This document shows, one piece after another, positions 1 to 15,000 of a stretch of DNA of 64,000 nt. The stretch is from contig OZ024755.1 of the NCBI GenBank assembly GCA_964016885.1, positions 41,912,001-41,976,000 on the forward strand, given 5' to 3'. The stretch is from Eledone cirrhosa. Its lineage: Eukaryota. Under the pieces are notes generated by a model, which saw only the letters and a list, made by a program, of their open reading frames with translations, was not told where the DNA came from and made no database searches. The position numbers were made by a program, and so were the translations under genes. Positions within the stretch are counted from its first letter, which is position 1. The number at the start of each line of letters is the position of its first letter.

Positions 1-3000
1 ACAACAGTCTGACAGGTGTAATATACCTTACAACAGTCTGACAGGTGTAATATACCTTACAACAGTCTGACAGGTGTAATATATCTTACAACAGTCTGAC
101 AGGTGTAATATACCTTACAACAGTCTGACAGGTGTAATATACCTTACAACAGTCTGACAGGTGTAATATACCTTACAACAGTCTGAGAGGTGTAATATAC
201 CTTACAACAGTCTGACAGGTGTAATATACCTTACAACAGTCTGACAGGTGTAATATACCTTACAACAGTCTGACAGGTGTAATATACCTTACAACAGTCT
301 GACAGGTGTAATATACCTTACAACAGTCTGACAGGTGTCATATACCTTACAACAGTCTGACAGGTATAGTATATCTTACAACAGTCTGACAGGTGTAATA
401 TACCTTACAACAGTCTGAGAGGTGTAATATACCTTACAACAGTCTGACAGGTGTAATATACTTTACAACAGTCTGACAGGTGTAATATACCTTACAACAG
501 TCTGACAGGTGTAATATACCTTACAACAGTCTGACAGGTGTAATATATCTTACAACAGTCTGACAGTTGTAATATACCTTACAGCAGTCTGACAGGTGTA
601 ATATACCTTACAACAGTCTGACAGGTGTCATATACCTTACAACAGTCTGACAGGTGTAATATACCTTACAAAAGTCTGACAGGTGTAATATATCTTACAA
701 CAGTCTGACAGGTGTCAGATAACTTACAACAGTCTGACAGGTGTAATATACCTTACAGCAGTCTGACAGGAGTAATATACCTTACAACAGTCTGACAGGT
801 GTAATATACCTTACAACAGTCTGACAGGTGTCATATACCTTACAACAGTCTGACAGGTGTAATATATCTTACAACAGTCTGACAGGTGTAATATATCTTA
901 CAACAGTCTGACAGGTGTAATATACCTTACAACAGTCTGAGAGGTGTAATATACCTTACAACAGTCTGACAGGTGTAATATACCTTACAACAGTCTGACA
1001 GGTGTAATATACCTTACAACAGTCTGAGAGGTGTAATATACCTTACAACAGTCTGACAGGTGTAATATACCTTACAACAGTCTGACAGGTGTAATATACC
1101 TTACAACAGTCTGACAGGTGTAATATATCTTACAACAGTCTGACAGGTGTAATATACCTTACAACAGTCTGACAGGTGTAATATACCTTACAACAGTCTG
1201 ACAGGTGTAATATACCTTACAACACTCTGAGAGGTGTAATATACCTTACAACAGTCTGACAGGTGTAATATACCTTACAACAGTCTGACAGGTGTAATAT
1301 ACCTTACAACAGTCTGACAGGTGTAATATACCTTACAACAGTCTGACAGGTGTAATATACCTTACAACAGTCTGACAGGTGTCATATACCTTACAACAGT
1401 CTGACAGGTGTAGTATATCTTACAACAGTCTGACAGGTGTAATACCTTACAACAGTCTGAGAGGTGTAATATACCTTACAACAGTCTGACAGGTGTAATA
1501 TACTTTACAACAGTCTGACAGGTGTAATATACCTTACAACAGTCTGACAGGTGTAATATACCTTACAACAGTCTGACAGGTGTAATATATCTTACAACAG
1601 TCTGACAGGTGTAATATACCTTACAGCAGTCTGACAGATGTAATATACCTTACAACAGTCTGACAGGTGTCATATACCTTACAACAGTCTGACAGGTGTA
1701 ATATACCTTACAACAGTCTGACAGATGTAATATATCTTACAACAGTCTGACAGGTGTCAGATAACTTACAACAGTCTGACAGGTGTAATATACCTTACAG
1801 CAGTCTGACAGGTGTAATATACCTTACAGCAGTCTGAGAGGTGTAATATACCTTACAACAGTCTGACAGGTGTCATATACCTTACAACAGTCTGACAGGT
1901 GTAATATACCTTACAACAGTCTGACAGGTGTAATATACCTTACAACAGTCTGACAGGTGTAATATACCTTACAGCAGTCTGAGAGGTGTAATATACCTTA
2001 CAACAGTCTGACAGGTGTAATATACCTTACAACAGTCTGACAGGTGTCATATACCTTACAACAGTCTGACAGGTGTAATATACCTTACAATAGTCTGACA
2101 GGTGTAATATATCTTACAACAGCCTGACAGGTGTCATATACCTTACAACAGTCTGACAGGTGTAATATACCTTACAGCAGTCTGACAGGTGTAATATACC
2201 TTACAACAGTCTGACAGGTGTAATATACCTGACAACAGTCTGACAGGTGTCATATACCTTACAACAGTCTGACAGGTGTAATATACCTTACAACAGTCTG
2301 ACAGGTGTAATATATCTTACAACAGTCTGACAGGTGTCATATATCTTACAACAGTCTGACAGGTGTAATATACCTTACAACAGTCTGACAGGTGTCATAT
2401 ATCTTACAACAGTCTGACAGGTGTAATATACCTTACAACAGTCTGAGAGGTGTAATATACCTTACAACAGTCTGCCAGGTGTAATATACATTACAACAGT
2501 CTGACAGGTGTAATATACCTTACAACAGTCTGACAGGTGTAGTATACCTTACAGCAGTCTGACAGGTGTAATATACCTTACAACAGTCTGACAGGTGTCA
2601 TATACCTTACAACAGTCTGACAGGTGTAATATACCTTACAACAGTCTGACAGGTGTAATATACCTTACAACAGTCTGAGAGGTGTAATATACCTTACAAC
2701 AGTCTGACAGGTGTAATATACCTTACAACAGTCTGACAGGTGTAATATACCTTACAACAGTCTGACAGGTGTAATATATCTTACAACAGTCTGACAGGTG
2801 TAATATACCTTACAACAGTCTGACAGGTGTAATATACCTTACAACAGTGTGACAGGTGTAATATACCTTACAACAGTCTGAGAGGTGTAATATACCTTAC
2901 AACAGTCTGACAGGTGTAATATACCTTACAACAGTCTGACAGGTGTAATATACCTTACAACAGTCTGACAGGTGTAATATACCTTACCACAGTCTGACAG

Positions 3001-6000
3001 GTGTCATATACCTTACAACAGTCTGACAGGTGTAATATACCTTACAACAGTCTGACAGGTGTAATATATCTTACAACAGTCTGACAGGTGTCATATATCT
3101 TACAACAGTCTGACAGGTGTAATATACCTTACAACAGTCTGACAGGTGTCATATATCTTACAACAGTCTGACAGGTGTAATATACCTTACAACAGTCTGA
3201 GAGGTGTAATATACCTTACAACAGTCTGCCAGGTGTAATATACATTACAACAGTCTGACAGGTGTAATATACCTTACAACAGTCTGACAGGTGTAGTATA
3301 CCTTACAGCAGTCTGACAGGTGTAATATACCTTACAACAGTCTGACAGGTGTCATATACCTTACAACAGTCTGACAGGTGTAATATACCTTACAACAGTC
3401 TGACAGGTGTAATATACCTTACAACAGTCTGAGAGGTGTAATATACCTTACAACAGTCTGACAGGTGTAATATACCTTACAACAGTCTGACAGGTGTAAT
3501 ATACCTTACAACAGTCTGACAGGTGTAATATATCTTACAACAGTCTGACAGGTGTAATATACCTTACAACAGTCTGACAGGTGTAATATACCTTACAACA
3601 GTGTGACAGGTGTAATATACCTTACAACAGTCTGAGAGGTGTAATATACCTTACAACAGTCTGACAGGTGTAATATACCTTACAACAGTCTGACAGGTGT
3701 AATATACCTTACAACAGTCTGACAGGTGTAATATACCTTACCACAGTCTGACAGGTGTAATATACCTTACAACAGTCTGACAGGTGTCATATACCTTACA
3801 ACAGTCTGACAGGTGTAGTATATCTTACAACAGTCTGACAGGTGTAATATACCTTACAACAGTCTGAGAGGTGTAATATACCTTACAACAGTCTGACAGG
3901 TGTAATATACTTTACAACAGTCTGACAGGTGTAATATACCTTACAACAGTCTGACAGGTGTAATATACCTTACAACAGTCTGACAGGTGTAATATATCTT
4001 ACAACAGTCTGACAGGTGTAATATACCTTACAGCAGTCTGACAGGTGTAATATACCTTACAACAGTCTGACAGGTGTCATATACCTTACAACAGTCTGAC
4101 AGGTGTAATATACCTTACAAAAGTCTGACAGGTGTAATATATCTTACAACAGTCTGACAGGTGTCAGATAACTTACAACAGTCTGACAGGTGTAATATAC
4201 CTTACAGCAGTCTGACAGGAGTAATATACCTTACAACAGTCTGACAGGTGTAATATACCTTACAACAGTCTGACAGGTGTCATATACCTTACAACAGTCT
4301 GACAGGTGTAATATATCTTACAACAGTCTGACAGGTGTAATATATCTTACAACAGTCTGACAGGTGTAATATACCTTACAACAGTCTGAGAGGTGTAATA
4401 TACCTTACAACAGTCTGACAGGTGTCATATACCTTACAACAGTCTGACAGGTGTAATATACCTTACAACAGTCTGACAGGTGTAATATACCTTACAACAG
4501 TCTGACAGGTGTAATATACCTTACAACAGTCTGACAGGTGTCATATACCTTACAACAGTCTGACAGGTGTAATATATCTTACAACAGTCTGACAGGTGTA
4601 ATATATCTTACAACAGTCTGACAGGTGTAATATATCTTACAACAGTCTGAGAGGTGTAATATACCTTACAACAGTCTGACAGGTGTCATATACCTTACAA
4701 CAGTCTGACTGGTGTCATATACCTTACAACAGTCTGAGAGGTGTAATATACCTTACAACAGTCTGACAGGTGTCATATACCTTACAACAGTCTGACAGGT
4801 GTAATATACCTTACAACAGTCTGACAGGTGTCATATACCTTACAACAGTCTGACAGGTGTAATATACCTTACAACAGTCTGACAGGTGTAATATATCTTA
4901 CAACAGTCTGACAGGTGTAATATACCTTACAACAGTCTGACAGGTGTAATATATCTTACAACAGTCTGACAGGTGTAATATACTTTACAACAGTCTGACA
5001 GGTGTAATATCTCTTACAACAGTCTGACAGGTGTAATATACCTTACAACAGTCTGACAGGTGTAATATACCTTACAACAGTCTGACAGGTGTAATATATC
5101 TTACAACAGTCTGACAGGTGTAATATATCTTACAACAGTCTGACAGGTGTAATATACCTTACAACAGTCTGACAGGTGTAATATACCTTACAATAGTCTG
5201 ACAGGTGTAATATATCTTATAACAGCCTGACAGGTGTCATATACCTTACAACAGTCTGACAGGTGTAATATACCTTACAGCAGTCTGACAGGTGTAATAT
5301 ACCTTACAACAGTCTGACAGGTGTAATATACCTTACAACAGTCTGACAGGTGTCATATACCTTACAACAGTCTGACAGGTGTAATATACCTTACAACAGT
5401 CTGACAGGTGTAATATATCTTACAACAGTCTGACAGGTGTCATATATCTTACAACAGTCTGACAGGTGTAATATACCTTACAACAGTCTGACAGGTGTCA
5501 TATATCTTACAACAGTCTGACAGGTGTAATATACCTTACAACAGTCTGAGAGGTGTAATATACCTTACAACAGTCTGCCAGGTGTAATATACATTACAAC
5601 AGTCTGACAGGTGTAATATACCTTACAACAGTCTGACAGGTGTAGTATACCTTACAGCAGTCTGACAGGTGTAATATACCTTACAACAGTCTGACAGGTG
5701 TCATATACCTTACAACAGTCTGACAGGTGTAATATACCTTACAACAGTCTGACAGGTGTAATATACCTTACAACAGTCTGAGAGGTGTAATATACCTTAC
5801 AACAGTCTGACAGGTGTAATATACCTTACAACAGTCTGACAGGTGTAATATACCTTACAACAGTCTGACAGGTGTAATATATCTTACAACAGTCTGACAG
5901 GTGTAATATACCTTACAACAGTCTGACAGGTGTAATATACCTTACAACAGTCTGACAGGTGTAATATACCTTACAACAGTCTGAGAGGTGTAATATACCT

Positions 6001-9000
6001 TACAACAGTCTGACAGGTGTAATATACCTTACAACAGTCTGACAGGTGTAATATACCTTACAACAGTCTGACAGGTGTAATATACCTTACAACAGTCTGA
6101 CAGGTGTAATATACCTTACAACAGTCTGACAGGTGTCATATACCTTACAACAGTCTGACAGGTGTAGTATATCTTACAACAGTCTGACAGGTGTAATACC
6201 TTACAACAGTCTGAGAGGTGTAATATACCTTACAACAGTCTGACAGGTGTAATATACTTTACAACAGTCTGACAGGTGTAATATACCTTACAACAGTCTG
6301 ACAGGTGTAATATACCTTACAACAGTCTGACAGGTGTAATATATCTTACAACAGTCTGACAGGTGTAATATACCTTACAGCAGTCTGACAGGTGTAATAT
6401 ACCTTACAACAGTCTGACAGGTGTCATATACCTTACAACAGTCTGACAGGTGTAATATACCTTACAACAGTCTGACAGGTGTAATATATCTTACAACAGT
6501 CTGACAGGTGTCAGATAACTTACAACAGTCTGACAGGTGTAATATACCTTACAGCAGTCTGACAGGAGTAATATACCTTACAACAGTCTGACAGGTGTAA
6601 TATACCTTACAACAGTCTGACAGGTGTCATATACCTTACAACAGTCTGACAGGTGTAATATATCTTACAACAGTCTGACAGGTGTAATATATCTTACAAC
6701 AGTCTGACAGGTGTAATATACCTTACAACAGTCTGAGAGGTGTAATATACCTTACAACAGTCTGACAGGTGTCATATACCTTACAACAGTCTGACAGGTG
6801 TAATATACCTTACAACAGTCTGACAGGTGTAATATACCTTACAACAGTCTGACAGGTGTAATATACCTTACAACAGTCTGACAGGTGTCATATACCTTAC
6901 AACAGTCTGACAGGTGTAATATATCTTACAACAGTCTGACAGGTGTAATATATCTTACAACAGTCTGACAGGTGTAATATACCTTACAACAGTCTGAGAG
7001 GTGTAATATACCTTACAACAGTCTGACAGGTGTCATATACCTTACAACAGTCTGACTGGTGTCATATACCTTACAACAGTCTGAGAGGTGTAATATACCT
7101 TACAACAGTCTGACAGGTGTCATATACCTTACAACAGTCTGACAGGTGTAATATACCTTACAACAATCTGACAGGTGTCATATACCTTACAACAATCTGA
7201 CAGGTGTAATATACCTTACAACAGTCTGACAGGTGTAATATATCTTACAACAGTCTGACAGGTGTAATATACCTTACAACAGTCTGACAGGTGTAATATA
7301 TCTTACAACAGTCTGACAGGTGTAATATACTTTACAACAGTCTGACAGGTGTAATATCTCTTACAACAGTCTGACAGGTGTAATATACCTTACAACAGTC
7401 TGACAGGTGTAATATACCTTACAACAGTCTGACAGGTGTAATATATCTTACAACAGTCTGACAGGTGTAATATATCTTACAACAGTCTGACAGGTGTAAT
7501 ATACCTTACAACAGTCTGACAGGTGTAATATATCTTACAACAGTCTGACAGGTGTAATATATCTTACAACAGTCTGACAGGTGTAATATACCTTACAACA
7601 GTCTGAGAGGTGTAATATACCTTACAACAGTCTGACAGGTGTCATATACCTTACAACAGTCTGACAGGTTTAATATACCTTACAACAGTCTGAGAGGTGT
7701 AATATACCTTACAACAGTCTGACAGGTGTCATATACCTTACAACAGTCTAACAGGTTTAATATACCTTACAACAGTCTGAGAGGTGTAATATACCTTACA
7801 ACAGTCTGACAGGTGTCAGATACCTTACAACAGTCTGACAGGTTTAATATACCTTACAACAGTCTGAGAGGTGTAATATACCTTACAACAGTCTGACAGG
7901 TGTCATATACCTTACAACAGTCTGACAGGTGTCATATACCTTACAACAGTCTGACAGGTGTAATATATCTTACAACAGTCTGACAGGTGTCAGATACCTT
8001 ACAACAGTCTGACAGGTGTAATATACCTTACAGCAGTCTGACAGGTGTAATATATCTTACAACAGTCTGACAGGTGTCATATACCTTACAACAGTCTGAC
8101 AGGTGTAATATACCTTACAACAGTCTGACAGGTGTAATATATCTTACAACAATCTGACAGGTGTAATATATCTTACAACAGTCTGAGAGGTGTCATATAC
8201 CTTACAACAGTCTGAGAGGTGTAATATATCTCACAACAGTCTGACAGGTGTCATATACCTTACAACAGTCTGGCAGGTGTCATATACCTTACAACAGTCT
8301 GACAGGTGTAATATACCTTACAACAGTCTGACAGGTGTCAGATACCTTACAACAGTCTGACAGGTGTAATATACCTTACAGCAGTCTGACAGGTGTAATA
8401 TACCTTACAACAATCTGACAGGTGTCAGATACCTTACAACAGTCTGACAGGTGTAATATACCTTACAGCAGTCTGACAGGTGTCAGATACCTTACAACAG
8501 TCTGACAGGTGTAATATACCTTACAGCAGTCTGACAGGTGTAATATACCTTACAACAGTCTGAGAGGTGTAATATACCTTACAACAGTCTGACAGGTGTA
8601 ATATATCTTACAACAATCTGACAGGTGTAATATATCTTACAACAGTCTGAGAGGTGTCATATACCTTACAACAGTCTGAGAGGTGTAATATATCTCACAA
8701 CAGTCTGACAGGTGTCATATACCTTACAACAGTCTGGCAGGTGTCATATACCTTACAACAGTCTGACAGGTTTAATATACCTTACAACACTCTGACAGGT
8801 GTCAGATACCTTACAACAGTCTGACAGGTGTAATATACCTTACAGCAGTCTGACAGGTGTAATATACCTTACAACAATCTGACAGGTGTCAGATACCTTA
8901 CAACAGTCTGACAGGTGTAATATACCTTACAGCAGTCTGACAGTTGTCAGATACCTTACAACAGTCTGACAGGTGTAATATACCTTACAGCAGTCTGACA

Positions 9001-12000
9001 GGTGTAATATACCTTACAACAGTCTGAGAGGTGTAATATACCTTACAACAGTCTGACAGGTGTAACATATCTTACAACAGTCTGACAGGTGTAATATACC
9101 TTACAACAGTCTGACAGGTGTAATATATCTTACAACAGTCTGACAGGTGTCAGATACCTTACAACAGTCTGAGAGGTGTAATATACCTTACAACAGTCTG
9201 ACAGGTGTAATATATCTTACAACAGTCTGACAGGTGTAATATACCTTACAACAGTCTGACAGGTGTAATATATCTTACAACAGTCTGACAGGTGTCAGAT
9301 ACCTTACAACAGTCTGAGAGGTGTAATATACCTTACAACAGTCTGACAGGTGTAATATACCTTACAACAGTCTGACAGGTGTCAGATACCTTACAACAGT
9401 CTGACAGGTGTAATATACCTTACAACAGTCTGACAGGTGTAATATATCTTACAACAGTCTGACAGGTGTCAGATACCTTACAACAGTCTGACATGTGTAA
9501 TATACCTTACAACAGTCTGACAGGTGTAATATACCTTACAACAGTCTGACAGGTGTCAGATACCTTACAACAGTCTGAGAGGTATAATATACCTTACAAC
9601 AGTCTGACAGGTGTAATATACCTTACAACAGTCTGACAGGTGTAATATACCTTACAACAGTCTGACAGGTGTAATATACCTTACAACAGTCTGACAGGTG
9701 TAATATACCTTACAACAGTCTGACAGGTGTAATATACCTTACAACAGTCTGACAGGTGTAATATATCTTACAACAGTCTGACAGGTGTAGTATACCTTAA
9801 AACAGTCTGACAGGTGTAATATATCTTACAACAGTCTGACAGGTGTCAGATACCTTACAACAGTCTGACAGGTGTAATATACCTTACAACAGTCTGACAG
9901 GTGTAATATACCTTACAACAGTCTGACAGGTGTAATATACCTTACAACAGTCTGACAGGTGTAATATACCTTACAACAGTCTGACAGGTGTAATATACCT
10001 TACAACAGTCTGACAGGTGTAATATATCTTACAACAGTCTGACAGGTGTAGTATACCTTACAACAGTCTGACAGGTGTAATATACCTTACAACAGTCTGA
10101 CAGGTGTCAGATACCTTACAACAGTCTGACAGGTGTAATATATCTTACAACAGTCTGACAGGTGTCAGATACCTTACAACAGTCTGACAGGTGTAATATA
10201 CCTTACAGCAGTCTGACAGGTGTAATATACCTTACAACAGTCTGACAGGTGTAATATACCTTACAACAGTCTGACAGGTTTAATATACCTTACAACAGTC
10301 TGACAGGTGTAATATATCTTACAACAGTCTGACAGGTGTCAGATACCTTACAACAGTCTGATAGGTGTAATATACCTTACAGAAGTCTGACAGGTGTAAT
10401 ATACCTTACAACAGTCTGACAGGTGTAATATACCTTACAACAGTCTGACAGGTTTAATATACCTTACAACAGTCTGACAGGTGTAATATATCTTACAACA
10501 GTCTGACAGGTGTCAGATACCTTACAACAGTCTGATAGGTGTAATATACCTTACAGCAGTCTGACAGGTGTAATATACCTTACAACAGTCTGACAGGTGT
10601 CAGATACCTTACAACAGTCTGACAGGTGTAATATACCTTACAACAGTCTGACAGGTGTAATATATCTTACAACAGTCTGACAGGTGTAGTATACCTTACA
10701 ACAGTCTGACAGGTGTAATATATCTTACAACAGTCTGACAGGTGTCAGATACCTTACAACAGTCTGACAGGTTTAATATACCTTACAACAGTCTGACAGG
10801 TTTAATATACCTTACAACAGTCTGACAGGTGTCAGATACCTTACAACAGTCTGACAGGTGTAATATATCTTACAACAGTCTGACAGGTGTCAGATACCTT
10901 ACAACAGTCTGACAGGTGTAATATACCTTACAGCAGTCTGACAGGTGTAATATAACTTACAACAGTCTGACAGGTGTAATATACCTTACAACAGTCTGAC
11001 AGGTTTAATATACCTTACAACAGTCTGACAGGTGTAATATATCTTACAACAGTCTGACAGGTGTCAGATACCTTACAACAGTCTGATAGGTGTAATATAC
11101 CTTACAGCAGTCTGACAGGTGTAATATACCTTACAACAGTCTGACAGGTGTCAGATACCTTAGAACAGTCTGACAGGTGTAATATACCTTATACAGTCTG
11201 ACAGGTGTAATATACCTTACAACAGTCTGACAGGTGTAATATACCTTACAACAGTCTGACAGGTGTAATATATCTTACAACAGTCTGACAGGTGTAATAT
11301 ACCTTACAACAGTCTGACAGGTGTAATATATCTTACAACAGTCTGACAGGTGTCAGATACCTTACAACAGTCTGAGAGGTGTAATATACCTTACAACAGT
11401 CTGACAGGTGTAATATATCTTACAACAGTCTGACAGGTGTAATATACCTTACAACAGTCTGACAGGTGTAATATATCTTACAACAGTCTGACAGGTGTCA
11501 GATACCTTACAACAGTCTGAGAGGTGTAATATACCTTACAACAGTCTGACAGGTGTAATATACCTTACAACAGTCTGACAGGTGTCAGATACCTTACAAC
11601 AGTCTGACAGGTGTAATATACCTTACAACAGTCTGACAGGTGTAATATATCTTACAACAGTCTGACAGGTGTCAGATACCTTACAACAGTCTGACATGTG
11701 TAATATACCTTACAACAGTCTGACAGGTGTAATATACCTTACAACAGTCTGACAGGTGTCAGATACCTTACAACAGTCTGAGAGGTGTAATATACCTTAC
11801 AACAGTCTGACAGGTGTAATATACCTTACAACAGTCTGACAGGTGTAATATACCTTACAACAGTCTGACAGGTGTAATATACCTTACAACAGTCTGACAG
11901 GTGTAATATACCTTACAACAGTCTGACAGGTGTAATATACCTTACAACAGTCTGACAGGTGTAATATATCTTACAACAGTCTGACAGGTGTAGTATACCT

Positions 12001-15000
12001 TACAACAGTCTGACAGGTGTAATATATCTTACAACAGTCTGACAGGTGTCAGATACCTTACAACAGTCTGACAGGTGTAATATACCTTACAACAGTCTGA
12101 CAGGTGTAATATACCTTACAACAGTCTGACAGGTGTAATATACCTTACAACAGTCTGACAGGTGTAATATACCTTACAACAGTCTGACAGGTGTAATATA
12201 CCTTACAACAGTCTGACAGGTGTAATATATCTTACAACAGTCTGACAGGTGTAGTATACCTTACAACAGTCTGACAGGTGTAATATACCTTACAACAGTC
12301 TGACAGGTGTCAGATACCTTACAACAGTCTGACAGGTGTAATATATCTTACAACAGTCTGACAGGTGTCAGATACCTTACAACAGTCTGACAGGTGTAAT
12401 ATACCTTACAGCAGTCTGACAGGTGTAATATACCTTACAACAGTCTGACAGGTGTAATATACCTTACAACAGTCTGACAGGTTTAATATACCTTACAACA
12501 GTCTGACAGGTGTAATATATCTTACAACAGTCTGACAGGTGTCAGATACCTTACAACAGTCTGATAGGTGTAATATACCTTACAGAAGTCTGACAGGTGT
12601 AATATACCTTACAACAGTCTGACAGGTGTAATATACCTTACAACAGTCTGACAGGTTTAATATACCTTACAACAGTCTGACAGGTGTAATATATCTTACA
12701 ACAGTCTGACAGGTGTCAGATACCTTACAACAGTCTGATAGGTGTAATATACCTTACAGCAGTCTGACAGGTGTAATATACCTTACAACAGTCTGACAGG
12801 TGTCAGATACCTTACAACAGTCTGACAGGTGTAATATACCTTACAACAGTCTGACAGGTGTAATATATCTTACAACAGTCTGACAGGTGTAGTATACCTT
12901 ACAACAGTCTGACAGGTGTAATATATCTTACAACAGTCTGACAGGTGTCAGATACCTTACAACAGTCTGACAGGTTTAATATACCTTACAACAGTCTGAC
13001 AGGTGTCAGATACCTTACAACAGTCTGACAGGTGTAATATATCTTACAACAGTCTGACAGGTGTCAGATACCTTACAACAGTCTGACAGGTGTAATATAC
13101 CTTACAGCAGTCTGACAGGTGTAATATAACTTACAACAGTCTGACAGGTGTAATATACCTTACAACAGTCTGACAGGTTTAATATACCTTACAACAGTCT
13201 GACAGGTGTAATATATCTTACAACAGTCTGACAGGTCTCAGATACCTTACAACAGTCTGATAGGTGTAATATACCTTACAGCAGTCTGACAGGTGTAATA
13301 TACCTTACAACAGTCTGACAGGTGTCAGATACCTTAGAACAGTCTGACAGGTGTAATATACCTTATACAGTCTGACAGGTGTAATATATCTTACAACAGT
13401 CTGACAGGTGTAATATACCTTACAACAGTCTGACAGGTGTAATATACCTTACAACAGTCTGACAGGTGTAATATACCTTACAACAGTCTGACAGGTGTAG
13501 TATACCTTACAACAGTCTGACAGGTGTCAGATACCTTACAACAGTCTGACAGGTGTAATATACCTTACAGCAGTCTGACAGGTGTAATATACCTTACAAC
13601 AGTCTGACAGGTGTAATATACCTTACAACAGTCTGACAGGTTTAATATACCTTACAACAGTCTGACAGGTGTAATATATCTTACAACAGTCTGACAGGTG
13701 TCAGATACCTTACAACAGTCTGATAGGTGTAATATACCTTACAGCAGTCTGACAGGTGTAATATACCTTACAACAGTCTGACAGGTGTAATATACCTTAC
13801 AACAGTCTGACAGGTTTAATATACCTTACAACAGTCTGACAGGTGTAGGTGTAATATATCTTACAACAGTCTGACAGGTGTAGTATATCTTACAGCAGTC
13901 TGACAGCTGTAATATATCTTACAGCAGTCTGACAGGTGTAATATACCTTACAACAGTCTGACAGGTGTAATATACCTTACAACAGTCTGACAGGTGTAAT
14001 ATATCTTACAGGAGTCTGACAGGTGTAATATACCTTACAACAGTCTGACAGGTGTAATATATCTTACAGCAGTCTGACAGGTGTAATATACCTTACAACA
14101 GTCTGACAGGTGTAATATATCTTACAACAGTCTGAGAGGTGTCATATACCTTACAACAGTCTGACAGGTGTAATATACCTTACAGCAGTCTGACAGGTGT
14201 AATATATCTTACAACAGTCTGACAGGTGTAATATACCTTACAACAGTCTGACAGGTGTAATATATCTTACAACAGTCTGACAGGTGTAATATACCTTACA
14301 ACAGTCTGACAGGTGTAATATACCTTACAACAGTCTGCCAGGTGTAATATATCTTACAACAGTCTGACAGGTGTAATATACCTTACAGCAGTCTGACAGG
14401 TGTAATATATCTTACAACAGTCTGACAGGTGTAATATACCTTACAACAGTCTGACAGGTGTAATATACCTTACAACAGTCTGAGAGGTGTAATATACCTT
14501 ACAACAGTCTGACAGGTGTAATATACCTTACAACAGTCTGACAGGTGTAATATACCTTACAACAGTCTGACAGGTGTAATATATCTTACAACAGTCTGAC
14601 AGGTGTAATATATCTTACAACAGTCTGACAGGTGTAATATATCTTACAGCAGTCTGACAGGTGTAATATACCTTACAACAGTCTGACAGGTGTAATATAT
14701 CTTACAACAGTCTGACAGGTGTAATATACCTTACAACAGTCTGACAGGTGTAATATACCTTACAGCAGTCTGACAGGTGGAATATACCTTACAACAGTCT
14801 GACAGGTGTAATATACCTTACAGCAGTCTGACAGGTGTAATATATCTTACAACAGTCTGACAGGTTTAATATACCTTACAACAGTCTGACAGGTGTCAGA
14901 TACCTTACAACAGTCTGACAGGTGTAATATACCTTACAGCAGTCTGACAGGTGTAATATACCTTACAACAGTCTGACAGGTGTCAGATACCTTACAACAG